Origin: a virus | DNA: 42,899 nucleotides | Direction: 5' to 3' (one strand) | IMG/VR virus record: IMGVR_UViG_3300045988_037272 | Coordinates: 1-42,899 of that record | In this document: piece by piece, positions 22,616 to 31,237 of the stretch | How positions within the stretch are numbered: the stretch's first letter is position 1 | How the letters are laid out: every line of letters starts with the position of its first letter | Notes under the pieces: model-generated | Database searches by the model: none | What the model was told of the DNA's origin: nothing | The model's input: the letters and a program-made list of their open reading frames with translations, nothing else | Translations under genes and position numbers: made by a program

Positions 22616-23183
22616 GGCTGTCATGCTGAGCATCCGCCCAAAGTGGGTGGAAAAGATCGCCAACAGCGAAAAGACGATTGAAGTGCGCAAGACGCGCCCG
22701 AAGATGGAGACGCCGTTTAAGGTGTACATCTACTGTACGGCAGAAATGGTGGGGTATGATGAACTCTGGGTTTTGGATGCTCCGTCGAGAGAAAAATATT
22801 TAATTACGGCGGTATGTGCTTACTTACAGAGAGCAGAAGGAGCGAACAAGGGAAATCGTAAGGTCATAGGGGAGTTTATCTGCGACCGCATTTACGAGAT
22901 TGACAAGGACAGTACGGATTTTCTTTTTAAGGCCGGGGGACTATCCGTTTACAAGCAAGCTGCCGAAGAAAAGTGTGGCCTGTGTGTGGCTATGACAGAC
23001 GATGAGTTGCACGGCTATCTTGGACATTACCAGGGCTACGGCTGGCATATCTCCGGCTTGAAGGTCTACGACAAGCCGAAGGAGATGGACGATTTTACCG
23101 GTCTGCGTGAAACGAAATTCGGTGCGAAGCCGGTGACGATCAAGCGTCCGCCGCAGAGCTGGTGCTATGTGGAGGAGGGCTGA
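22608..23183 (+). CDS. ASCH-domain (PUA-like) protein
   Basis: AVMLSIRPKWVEKIANSEKTIEVRKTRP matches the N-terminal signature of ASCH proteins. Confidence 0.65.
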   Translation: MSKAVMLSIRPKWVEKIANSEKTIEVRKTRPKMETPFKVYIYCTAEMVGYDELWVLDAPSREKYLITAVCAYLQRAEGANKGNRKVIGEFICDRIYEIDKDSTDFLFKAGGLSVYKQAAEEKCGLCVAMTDDELHGYLGHYQGYGWHISGLKVYDKPKEMDDFTGLRETKFGAKPVTIKRPPQSWCYVEEG

Positions 23184-23185
23184 CA

Positions 23186-23389
23186 ATGGCTGAATTGAAG
23201 CGCTGCCCTGAGTGCGGTGGAGTTGCAACCGTTATCCATATGTACGATACCTACGATAGAGCAGACTTTGGGTGGGATGCCGGTTGTGGGAGATATAGGG
23301 CTGGTGATGGCCTCCACACAAAGAAGATGAAAGTATCTGGGCTTCCCAGCAAAGAAAAAGCAATCGAAGCATGGAACAGGAGGGTGTGA
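23186..23389 (+). CDS. Lar-family restriction-alleviation-like protein
   Basis: MAELKRCPECGG... at the N-terminus and ...KEKAIEAWNRRV at the C-terminus match the Lar_restr_allev signature (LKPCPFCGG...AI.AWNRR). Confidence 0.65.
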   Translation: MAELKRCPECGGVATVIHMYDTYDRADFGWDAGCGRYRAGDGLHTKKMKVSGLPSKEKAIEAWNRRV

Positions 23390-23391
23390 CA

Positions 23392-23724
23392 ATGGATGAA
23401 TTCATCAAGCGAGAAGCGGCGATTGCGATAATTGAAGAAAAGCAAAAAGAACTATGCCCTGTCGGACGATACGGCAGAGGTTATGTTTATGGCTCAGACA
23501 GGGAGAAGTATGACGCTTGGGATGAGATTATTGATGCTTTAAAAAATATACCAAGCGCTGACGTTGCGCCGGTGATTCATGCGCGGTGGGTAGAGGGAAA
23601 GTGCTCTAACTGCGGAGTAGATATCCCGACAGATGATGCACACGACGCAATCTTTGAGAGTGAGTGCCGTTTTTGCTATTACTGCGGTGCCAAGATGGAC
23701 GGAGGCGACAAGCGGTGCGGTTGA
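23392..23724 (+). CDS. Hypothetical phage protein with C-terminal zinc ribbon
   Basis: DVAPVIHARWVEGKCSNCG.....CRFCYYCGAKMDG. Confidence 0.65.
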   Translation: MDEFIKREAAIAIIEEKQKELCPVGRYGRGYVYGSDREKYDAWDEIIDALKNIPSADVAPVIHARWVEGKCSNCGVDIPTDDAHDAIFESECRFCYYCGAKMDGGDKRCG

Positions 23725-24017
23725 TTGACGCTGATGAAGCATTGAGACTGTTTGGCGAAGAACACAAGAAAACGAAAGAATTGATACACAACGGTGAAAC
23801 TCAGCTTGATAGTCTTGCCGAGGGATTTACAGAAGCACATCACATAATCAAGTATGTTCTTCCCACTGTTGATGCTGTGGTCGTTACTCGGTGCGAGGAC
23901 TGCGAGCACAAAGAGCGCGCGACGGTCAACGGGAAAGGCTTCCTCATCTGCCCAGCAAGCGGAATGGAGATCACGCCGGACGATTTTTGCAGCTACGGCG
24001 AGCCGAAGGAGGGGTAA
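23715..24017 (+). CDS. Hypothetical phage protein with Cys cluster
   Basis: GTG 23715 lies 9 nt after GGAGG. RLIDADEAL... at the N-terminus; CEDCEH....ICP....FCSYGE. Confidence 0.6.
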   Translation: MRLIDADEALRLFGEEHKKTKELIHNGETQLDSLAEGFTEAHHIIKYVLPTVDAVVVTRCEDCEHKERATVNGKGFLICPASGMEITPDDFCSYGEPKEG

Positions 24018-24020
24018 CGC

Positions 24021-24278
24021 ATGGACGTTGTTGGGCGGAAGGTTGTTAAAACGCGGGCGGCTCATGTGTGCTTCGGTTGCGGGCGCAAATTCGAGCAAGG
24101 GGCTATGATGGAACGCAGTTGCGTTTTCGATGGGACGCCGTGGACGTGCTATCTGTGCGAGAGCTGTCAGAAAGCGTCTTCTGAGTTAGGATGGCAAGAC
24201 GAGTATGGATTTGGGGACTTGCGCGAACGTTCGCTCGAGATTGAGAGGGAGGCATTCCATGCTGACGATCACGATTAA
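24021..24278 (+). CDS. Small zinc-finger protein
   Basis: SD GAAGGAGGGG. CFGCG......CYLCESC. Confidence 0.6.
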   Translation: MDVVGRKVVKTRAAHVCFGCGRKFEQGAMMERSCVFDGTPWTCYLCESCQKASSELGWQDEYGFGDLRERSLEIEREAFHADDHD

Positions 24279-24411
24279 AGCCAACGTTCCCGCCGCTGAT
24301 GCGCAAGGAATCAAGGAGCGTATCGCCATGGACATTGAGCGATATGGCGACTGCAAGGTCGTGAGCATCGTAAGCGACCGGGGGCGGGAAGAACAGCTAC
24401 GAATGAAATAA
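24259..24411 (+). CDS. Hypothetical small protein (50 aa)
   Basis: ATG 24259 follows GAGGGAGG. Confidence 0.5.
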   Translation: MLTITIKANVPAADAQGIKERIAMDIERYGDCKVVSIVSDRGREEQLRMK

Positions 24412-24444
24412 CGCCTGCGGGCGAAAATAGAAAGGAATTTTGCT

Positions 24445-24912
24445 ATGAAAAAGTATATCGGAACGAAACTTATTGAGGCGGCACCGGCTATCCGCAAGGG
24501 AGGCAAGGTCTATGAGAAGACCCAGCCCATCCCGAGAAGCATGGACCCCGAGGAAGATGGCTACAAAGTCCGCTACCCTGACGGATACGAATCTTTCAGC
24601 CCGAAGCAGGTTTTTGAAGAGGCGTATCGACTGACTGACGGGCTGAGCTTTGGACTTGCTATCGAGGCGGCAAAGAAAGGAATGAAGATCGCACGCCGCG
24701 GCTGGAACGGTAAGAACCAGTACGTCGAGCTTGCGGAGCGTATCAGCTACGAGAACGCCGCGCACGAGGTAATTAACGCCAAGCACGAGGCCATCGGAAA
24801 CAAAGCGCTTGCCTTTGTCGGCACGTCCGGCGTACAGCTCGGATGGCTGGCCTCGCAGGCCGACATGCTGGCTGATGACTGGGTGATCGTCGGGGAAGCG
24901 GTGGCCGAATGA
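24445..24912 (+). CDS. DUF2829-domain protein (Tad2-like Thoeris anti-defence candidate) with N-terminal extension domain
   Basis: C-terminal half LSFGLAIEAAKKGMKIARRGWNGKNQYVEL......GWLASQADMLADDWVIV fits the DUF2829 signature. N-terminal half YIGTKLIEA.P.....GYKVRYPDGYESFSPKQVFEEAY is a domain often fused to it. Confidence 0.65.
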   Translation: MKKYIGTKLIEAAPAIRKGGKVYEKTQPIPRSMDPEEDGYKVRYPDGYESFSPKQVFEEAYRLTDGLSFGLAIEAAKKGMKIARRGWNGKNQYVELAERISYENAAHEVINAKHEAIGNKALAFVGTSGVQLGWLASQADMLADDWVIVGEAVAE

Positions 24913-25430
24913 GCATCAACATCAAGAAGTACACCAAAGACCAGATGGCAAAGATGGTGGAGGACGCTGTAGAACGGTGCGAATCTCTGAAAAGCGAAAA
25001 TGCCGATTTGATTGAGAAGGTGAAGAAAGAAATGGCGGAAAAGATTGCGCTGCGAAACGACCTGATGGCTATGACCCATTCGCATGAGAATTTGAAAGCC
25101 AAGAATGTTGTCCTGACCGAACAGATCAGCCAGATGAACGGAGAAGCCATCAACCGCGCCAACGAGATCGCGAATCTAAAAGCGGACGCGGATGCGCTGA
25201 GAAACAAGCTCGCCGACACCGAGGCGGCGCTGGGGCGGGCGAACGCGTGCATTGCTACCATGCAGGTCGAAAAAGATCAGCAAACGAAAGAGATTTTCGA
25301 ATGGCAGGGAAGCGCGCAAGCATTGCATGATGACCTTTTGGATGCTCGAGATCGCGCCAATTACGCAGAAGCCCATCCATGGCGTAACCTGTGGGCGTGG
25401 GTGAAGAGAAAGCTGGTGCGCCATGAGTAA
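24909..25430 (+). CDS. Coiled-coil protein (173 aa)
   Basis: ATGA overlap. Long heptad-like charged sequence. Confidence 0.65.
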   Translation: MSINIKKYTKDQMAKMVEDAVERCESLKSENADLIEKVKKEMAEKIALRNDLMAMTHSHENLKAKNVVLTEQISQMNGEAINRANEIANLKADADALRNKLADTEAALGRANACIATMQVEKDQQTKEIFEWQGSAQALHDDLLDARDRANYAEAHPWRNLWAWVKRKLVRHE

Positions 25431-25734
25431 ACCGCGCTACAGTTGGTGGGGATATGTAAAAGCCATTATCCGCCGCTACGGCCCCGACCGAGAACAGGAG
25501 TTGCATGGAGTGGCTTTGTTAGAAAACAACGCAGTGCGCAAGGCAGTGAGCGAAACGAGGTCAATGCAAGACGGAGAAGAGCGCTTGAAATTTATCCGAC
25601 TTGTGTTCTGGGACAAGACCCACACGCTCGAAGGGGCGGCAATGGCGGTCAACTGTTCCGACCGGACGGCAAGGCGCTGGCATACGGATTTCATTAAGTG
25701 CGTCGCCCGGAATTACGGCCTGCTCGATGATTAA
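25423..25734 (+). CDS. Late-gene transcriptional activator candidate (RinA/ArpU-like, sigma region-4-like C-terminus)
   Basis: Last gene before the packaging module. LEGAAMAVNCSDRTARRWHTDFIKCVARNYGLL is HTH-like. The function is inferred from position and pattern. Confidence 0.55.
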   Translation: MSKPRYSWWGYVKAIIRRYGPDREQELHGVALLENNAVRKAVSETRSMQDGEERLKFIRLVFWDKTHTLEGAAMAVNCSDRTARRWHTDFIKCVARNYGLLDD

Positions 25735-26216
25735 AAGTTGGCCTTAAAAAGCCATTTGTTTATGAGATAATAGAATCGCAGAGGTGTAAAAGCCTTTGCG
25801 GTTCTCTCATTTATGGCGTTCACCTCCTGCGCCATAGCGGGGCGCGGTGCTTTTCATCTTTTCACACCGCCCCCGCGATATGCCGCACGCACGATGCAGC
25901 CCACGATCAGGGCCGAAAGGTCGCGCCTTTCATGCGGCACAGGACCCCGCGCACCTCTCAACGATGTGGCCCAGCGGGGACATACGCGGCATAGGTGCCC
26001 CGTGAGGGGAGACCACAGCGAGTGACGGGGACTTTCCCCGAAGCGCTAAAGCAGGGCAGGACTGCAATGCCGTACCAAAAGAGGAGAGCCGCTGCCTTTG
26101 GCAATGGGCAAAGCCCGCCTGAAAGTGCGGCAAGTGTAGCCCATACGGGCGGGGAAGGACTGTTACTGTAGCCAAGGGGCGGGGGCTGGTAGCAAAATTG
26201 ATTTGAGGTGGTGGCA
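25735..26216 (+). other. 482-nt GC-rich non-coding region upstream of terS (candidate structured RNA / late leader / packaging signal)
   Basis: Largest gap in the genome. The only ORFs are SD-less Arg/Pro/Ala-rich junk. Many short GC helices are present, some with GNRA-type loops (see findings). Confidence 0.5.
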
Positions 26217-26609
26217 ATGGCTGCGCGTCTGACAGACCGGCAGAAAAAGAAAATACTGGCGGACTATGTGCAGACGAACAACTATTGCGCCACAGCGAAA
26301 ATCAACGGCGTGTCCGCAACGACCGTTAAGAACCTTGTGCGGGCAAATGCTGACATTGTGGAAAAGTGCGAGCAAAAAAAGGAAGAGAACACCGCCGATG
26401 TGATGGAGTACATGAACGACCACAAAGACCTTGTGTGTTCGTTCATCGGCAAGGGGCTTGAAATGCTCAACAACCCGGAGAAACTGGCGGCGGCAAATCT
26501 CAGCCAAATCACAACGGCAATGGGAACGCTGATCGACAAGTGGGCGATGGTGCAAGAGAAAACCGGAGATAACAAGGACGATGGTGTGATGGTGGTTATC
26601 GATGTCTAA
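26217..26609 (+). CDS. terS: Terminase small subunit
   Basis: ATG 26217 follows GAGGTGG. LTDRQKKKILADYVQTNNYCATAKINGVSATTVKNLV is the HTH. Overlaps the terL start. Confidence 0.75.
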   Translation: MAARLTDRQKKKILADYVQTNNYCATAKINGVSATTVKNLVRANADIVEKCEQKKEENTADVMEYMNDHKDLVCSFIGKGLEMLNNPEKLAAANLSQITTAMGTLIDKWAMVQEKTGDNKDDGVMVVIDV

Positions 26610-27846
26610 GATACTTCTTTCGCAAAAAATCGCGCCGGTGTTCTATGGCATTGCAAAAGACGTGTTTCAACATGGGCACACGCATTACGATTTCAGCGGC
26701 GGTCGAGGTTCGCTAAAGTCTTCGACGGTATCTATCCTTGTCCCGCTGCTCCTAATGCAGAGGAAAAACCGAAATTGCCATGCGCTGGTACTGCGTAAAG
26801 TAGCAAATACTATCCGAGATAGTGTGTATGCTCAGTACATTTGGGCAATCGGAGAACTGGGGGCGGCTCAGTATTGGGAAGCCAAGGTTTCCCCGATGGA
26901 GCTGATTTATAAGCCTACCGGCCAAAAGATTATGTTCCGCGGCGCGGATGACCCCATGAAGATTAAGTCCATCAAAGTGCCGTTCGGTTATATTGCTGTG
27001 ACGCACTTTGAAGAAAAAGACCAGTTTGCCGGACGCGCGGAAATCCGAACAATTTTGCAGTCCACCATGCGCGGCGGCTCGGTGTTTTGGAACTTTGAGA
27101 GCTATAACCCGCCTATCTCGCGTGACAACTGGGCAAACAAAGACAGTTTGGAGGAACGCGCCGACCGCCTGTGCCACAAGTCAACATATCTGCAAGCACC
27201 GCCCGAGTGGCTGGGGCAGCAGTTCCTTGATGAAGCGGAACACCTGAAAGCCACAGACGAGCGGGCATATCAGCATGAATATTTGGGCGTGCCTGTTGGA
27301 ACTGGCGGCAATGTGTTTGAGAATTTGGAACTGCGGGAGATTACAGACGAGGAAATCAGCCACTTTGATAGGATTTATCAGGGCGTGGACTATGGGTGGT
27401 TCCCTGACCCGTTTGCATTTATCCGCGTGCACTACGACAAGGCGCGGGAGACAATTTACCTGATAGATGAGATATATCAAAACAAACTTTCCAACGAGCA
27501 GAGCGCGGGCATGATTAAGGCAAAAGGATACGCCAGCGCCTATATCATCTGCGACAGCGCAGAGCCTAAAAGCGTAGCCGACTTCCGGGCTATGGGATTG
27601 CCTGCCAAAGCTGCCGTAAAGGGACCAGACAGCGTGGCTTACGGCATGAAGTGGCTGCAACGCCGGAAGATTGTTATTGACCGTAGACGCACGCCGCACG
27701 CCTATGACGAGTTTGTAAACTACGAATACGACCGTGACAAAGACGGAAACTTTATCAGCGGCTACCCAGACGAGAAGAACCATTTGATAGACGCACTGCG
27801 CTATGCAGTTGAGCCAATTAGCCGCAGAATGGGAGTTATCGCATGA
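26602..27846 (+). CDS. terL: Terminase large subunit (PBSX/Terminase_3-like)
   Basis: GGRGSLKS Walker-A-like motif. Size of 414 aa and position between terS and portal. Confidence 0.9.
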   Translation: MSKILLSQKIAPVFYGIAKDVFQHGHTHYDFSGGRGSLKSSTVSILVPLLLMQRKNRNCHALVLRKVANTIRDSVYAQYIWAIGELGAAQYWEAKVSPMELIYKPTGQKIMFRGADDPMKIKSIKVPFGYIAVTHFEEKDQFAGRAEIRTILQSTMRGGSVFWNFESYNPPISRDNWANKDSLEERADRLCHKSTYLQAPPEWLGQQFLDEAEHLKATDERAYQHEYLGVPVGTGGNVFENLELREITDEEISHFDRIYQGVDYGWFPDPFAFIRVHYDKARETIYLIDEIYQNKLSNEQSAGMIKAKGYASAYIICDSAEPKSVADFRAMGLPAKAAVKGPDSVAYGMKWLQRRKIVIDRRRTPHAYDEFVNYEYDRDKDGNFISGYPDEKNHLIDALRYAVEPISRRMGVIA

Positions 27847-29273
27847 GTAATGCAGTAATCCAAAAACTGAATGAATTAGGCTATTCCACCATCCCCGAAG
27901 CGTTTTACAGTAAGGTGGCGGAGTGGAAAAGCTGGTATCAGGGCAACGTGAAAGGCTTTCATAACTACCGCGTGCGCAACGGCGAGAGCATGGTTAACTG
28001 CAAGCGGTACTCCCTCGGCATGGGAAAGAAGCTGTGCGAGGACTGGGCCAATCTGCTGATGAATGAGAAAGTTCAGATCACCCTTGAAGGCCAGAAGGAA
28101 CAGGAGTTCATCGACCGGGTTTTAACCGAGAATAATTTCACGGTCAAGGCAAACGAGATGCAGGAGATGAAATCTGCGCTTGGCACAGTGGCATATATCC
28201 CCCGCGTAATCGGGCAGGAGATCAACGAGGGCGGTGAGATCGTCCCCGGAAATGCTTCCGGTATCATTCTGGACTATGTGACCATTGAGAACATTTACCC
28301 GCTGGCATGGCAGAACGGCTTTATCAGCGAGTGCGCGTTTTCTTCCGTTGTGACGCGCAATGGCCATGATTATCTGTATCTCCAAATCCACCACAAGGAC
28401 GAAGGCGGCAGCTATATCATCGACAATCGCATTTACCGATATGATAACGAGATGCTGGCTGATGAGCAGCTTACCAACGTCAAAGGATTTGAGAATATTC
28501 CGCCCGTGGTATATACCGGGAGCGACAAACGGCAGTTTGTCATTGACCGGCTCAACATTGCCAATAACTTCAACTATCTGCTGCCGACCGGCATTGCGGT
28601 GTATGCAAATGCTATCGACGTGCTGAAAGGCGTGGACATTGCCTATGACAGCTATGTCAACGAGTTCCGGCTCGGGAAAAAGCGCATCATGGTCAAGCCC
28701 TCTGCGGCAAAGTATCTTGACGGTGAGCCGGTATTTGACCCATCCGATGTGGCGTTCTATGTTCTGCCGGAGGACGTGAGCGATGGCGCGATTATCACCC
28801 CTATTGATATGACGCTTAGGACGGCGGAACACAATACTGGTATTCAAGACCAGCTCAATATCCTGTCCAGCAAGTGCGGTTTCGGCGAGACCTATTACCG
28901 CTTTGACGGCGGCAGTGTAGCAACGGCTACACAGGTCATCAGTGAGAACAGCACCATGTTCCGCACGATTAAGAAGCATGAAATCATCCTTAAAGATGCA
29001 CTTGTGGAGCTGTGCCGTATTCTTCTCCGGCTTGGCAATACCGCGATGGGCGCGGGGCTGAATGAAGATGTGGAAATCTCCATCGACTTTGATGATAGCA
29101 TCATTGAGGACAAGCAAACCGATTTTTCCCGTGATATGCAGCTCTTGCAGGCTGGCATTATGAACGATTGGGAGTTCCGCATGAAGTGGATGAACGAGGA
29201 CGAGGCGACAGCAAAGGCAGCGCTGCCGAAGATGCAGGACATGACGGCCGAAGAAGAAACGGAGGTAGAGTGA
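27843..29273 (+). CDS. Portal protein (SPP1 gp6-like)
   Basis: 476 aa, ATGA coupling to terL. The position and acidic C-terminus are typical of portals. Confidence 0.8.
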   Translation: MSNAVIQKLNELGYSTIPEAFYSKVAEWKSWYQGNVKGFHNYRVRNGESMVNCKRYSLGMGKKLCEDWANLLMNEKVQITLEGQKEQEFIDRVLTENNFTVKANEMQEMKSALGTVAYIPRVIGQEINEGGEIVPGNASGIILDYVTIENIYPLAWQNGFISECAFSSVVTRNGHDYLYLQIHHKDEGGSYIIDNRIYRYDNEMLADEQLTNVKGFENIPPVVYTGSDKRQFVIDRLNIANNFNYLLPTGIAVYANAIDVLKGVDIAYDSYVNEFRLGKKRIMVKPSAAKYLDGEPVFDPSDVAFYVLPEDVSDGAIITPIDMTLRTAEHNTGIQDQLNILSSKCGFGETYYRFDGGSVATATQVISENSTMFRTIKKHEIILKDALVELCRILLRLGNTAMGAGLNEDVEISIDFDDSIIEDKQTDFSRDMQLLQAGIMNDWEFRMKWMNEDEATAKAALPKMQDMTAEEETEVE

Positions 29274-29315
29274 TGGGATTTGGGGAAAATACTGGGACTT
29301 TTGGGGCTGTGAAAA

Positions 29316-30491
29316 ATGAGCCGGTATCCGTTTCAGCCGGAAATTCTTGACGCGCTGCCAGAAGAACTGGCAGAGCTGTTCCACGCTCTTGAAGATACGC
29401 TGCTCGATGAGATATGCAGCCGCCTGAAACTGGCAGACCAGCTCAACGAGGTCACAGTACAGGATATTCGAGCATTGCGGTCGCACGGAATCGACCTAAA
29501 GGATATTGAGAAAGCAATCCGCAAGACAACCTGCATCAGCGAGAAGAAGCTGAAAGAGTTGCTTGACGATGTGGTGGAGCGCAACCAAAAGTATTACACC
29601 GACCTTATCGACCTTGCACACATCACCCAGCCGGAAACGCTGGTAAGCGTAGAAGATACTTGGGCAATATACGAGCAGACAAAGCAAACGCTGCGCAACA
29701 TAACGCGCTCAATGGGCTTTTTAGTGAACGCTGGCCGCACAATGCTTCCGCCTGCCAAAGCGTACCAATGGGCGCTTGATAACGCCACAATGCAAATCCA
29801 GAGCGGCGCTATCAGCTACAATCAGGCTATCAAGATGGCAGTAAAGCAGCTTGCAGACAGCGGGTTGAAGGTAGTTGACTATGAGAGCGGGCATCGAGAT
29901 CAGATCGATGTGGCAGCGCGCAGAGCCGTAATGACTGGCGTAAATCAAATTTGCGCTAAATATACGGAGCAGTCGGCGCAGTATCTCGAAACTCCGTATT
30001 TCGAGGTTTCTGCCCATGCTGGAGCGAGAGATAAGCCGGGGCCGTCACCGTGGTCAAGCCATAAGGATTGGCAAGGCAAGGTATACAGTATTCACGCAGG
30101 GGACATCTACCCGAGCATCTACGAGGTGTGCGGTCTGGGTGCCGTGGATGGGCTGGAAGGGGCCAACTGCCGTCACAAGCGCAGCGTTTGGGTTGAGGGT
30201 GTGTCGGAGCGCAGCTATACCGATAAGCAGCTTGAGCATATCGACGATGGCCTTGGATGCACCTTCGAGGGCAAGACATACACGGCATACGAGGCAACGC
30301 AGATGCAACGGCGCGTAGAGCGGACAATCCGCAAGCTAAAGCGCGAGAAAGCCGCTTATAAGGTCGCAGGATTGAAGGAAGATGAACGGTCGGTAAACAT
30401 CCGTCTAAGACGCTTGAACGCCAAATATAAGGCGTTCAGCGAGGCTGCTGGACTGCCGGAGCAGTGGGAAAGGACGAAGGTGCAATATTGA
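29316..30491 (+). CDS. Minor capsid / head morphogenesis protein (SPP1 gp7 / Mu F-like)
   Basis: Lies after the portal. 391 aa with a C-terminal basic coiled region. Confidence 0.7.
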   Translation: MSRYPFQPEILDALPEELAELFHALEDTLLDEICSRLKLADQLNEVTVQDIRALRSHGIDLKDIEKAIRKTTCISEKKLKELLDDVVERNQKYYTDLIDLAHITQPETLVSVEDTWAIYEQTKQTLRNITRSMGFLVNAGRTMLPPAKAYQWALDNATMQIQSGAISYNQAIKMAVKQLADSGLKVVDYESGHRDQIDVAARRAVMTGVNQICAKYTEQSAQYLETPYFEVSAHAGARDKPGPSPWSSHKDWQGKVYSIHAGDIYPSIYEVCGLGAVDGLEGANCRHKRSVWVEGVSERSYTDKQLEHIDDGLGCTFEGKTYTAYEATQMQRRVERTIRKLKREKAAYKVAGLKEDERSVNIRLRRLNAKYKAFSEAAGLPEQWERTKVQY

Positions 30492-30619
30492 ACTTTGACG
30501 AAGCCATCAAAACCGTGCAAGCCATCTTAAAGCGCGGCAACGATGCTGAAATACGCCGAAAAGGCGATGGGTATATCGTCTTGGAGGTCAAAAAGACAAT
30601 CAAATACACTTCCGCGTAA
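30488..30619 (+). CDS. Possible small protein (43 aa, TTG start)
   Basis: TTG overlaps the upstream TGA; SD GAAGGTG at 7 nt. NFDEAIKTVQAILKRGNDAEIRRKGDGYIVLEVKK reads as protein. Not in the track. Confidence 0.45.
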   Translation: MNFDEAIKTVQAILKRGNDAEIRRKGDGYIVLEVKKTIKYTSA

Positions 30620-30646
30620 AAGAAAACCGCCCCGGTTAAGGGGCGG
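30618..30646 (-). terminator. Terminator of the minus-strand two-gene unit
   Basis: Stem ccgcccc/ggggcgg with loop ggttaa. The A tract on the plus strand gives a T tract on the minus strand. The stop codon of 30636..30812 lies in the loop. Confidence 0.65.
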
Positions 30647-30812
30647 GGAAATCGTTATCTTTACTGTCTTGAATGTCCAACTGTTCCTTGATTTTGTCGT
30701 GTAACGCGTTCCACCCTCCACTTTCGTAGTTGGTATCAAGCATAAGGAGTAAGTCGATTACTTCACGACGGGACAGTTTAATCGTCCTTGTTTTTAAGTT
30801 AATATTCATCAT
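30636..30812 (-). CDS. Small protein (58 aa)
   Basis: MMNINLKTRTIKLSRREVIDLLLMLDTNYESGGWNALHDKIKEQLDIQDSKDNDFPAP. Not in the track because it is short. AT-rich island. Confidence 0.5.
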   Translation of the reverse strand: MMNINLKTRTIKLSRREVIDLLLMLDTNYESGGWNALHDKIKEQLDIQDSKDNDFPAP

Positions 30813-30858
30813 TTTGTTTCCCTTTCTTCCCTCGTGACCTCCGGGGCGGGGTTTTGAG

Positions 30859-31056
30859 TTAAAAACCGAGTTTCATTTGACGATTGATCTCGTAAGCAAC
30901 TCCTGCATCATAAGCCTTAATAAGTGGCAAAAGTCCGTTTTCTACTTCTTCCATGAGACCGTACATCGCGTTACTTTTGCAAGCGGGAACAATTTTCCTT
31001 TGCTCGTGTGCCTCCTTAATGCCAATTTCATAAGCTTTTATTTCAATGGCGTTCAT
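30859..31056 (-). CDS. Small protein (65 aa)
   Basis: Track ORF with SD GGAAAGGAA. First gene downstream of the operator-bearing promoter at 31107-31135. Confidence 0.6.
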   Translation of the reverse strand: MNAIEIKAYEIGIKEAHEQRKIVPACKSNAMYGLMEEVENGLLPLIKAYDAGVAYEINRQMKLGF

Positions 31057-31106
31057 GTCAATTTCCTTTCCGGCTTTTGCCTGTCACATTTGTTCCTTGT
31101 GAGTAT

Positions 31107-31135
31107 ATGATAATATAAGTTTACTTATATTTCAA
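31107..31135 (-). promoter_or_regulatory. Sigma70-type promoter (TTGAAA-17-TATCAT) whose spacer is a 20-bp palindrome aatataagt-tt-acttatatt (31112-31131)
   Basis: The minus strand reads ttgaaa tataagtaaacttatat tatcat. Confidence 0.7.
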
Positions 31136-31181
31136 GATGGGATATTCACCAATAAATTGCAGATTGGATTGTTGAAAATGT

Positions 31182-31215
31182 ATAAGTTGACTTATTGCTT
31201 GAAACGTGATACCAT
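31182..31215 (+). promoter_or_regulatory. Second copy of the operator (ataagt-tg-acttat, 31182-31195) overlapping a candidate promoter TTGACT-17-TACCAT for the RHH gene
   Basis: Read directly. Shares the core TATAAGTTnACTTAT with 31112-31131. Confidence 0.6.
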
Positions 31216-31237
31216 GTTGCAAAAGGAGGTTTGCAGC

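Noticed and set aside
26040-26095. Twister- or hammerhead-like self-cleaving ribozyme (ACUGCAAUGCCG...AAAAGAGGAG vaguely recalls the twister core; cctgaaag at 26118 vaguely recalls CUGANGA).
   Set aside because: The conserved cores are not actually satisfied: no CUGAUGA/GAAA pair in the right geometry, and the twister P4 hairpin and pseudoknot partners are missing. The resemblance is too weak without a covariance-model scan.
25813-26217. ORFs 25813..26025 (plus strand) and 25930..26217 (minus strand) inside the large intergenic gap.
   Set aside because: They have no SD and a Pro/Arg/Ala-rich composition, and they overlap each other. The region is treated as non-coding.
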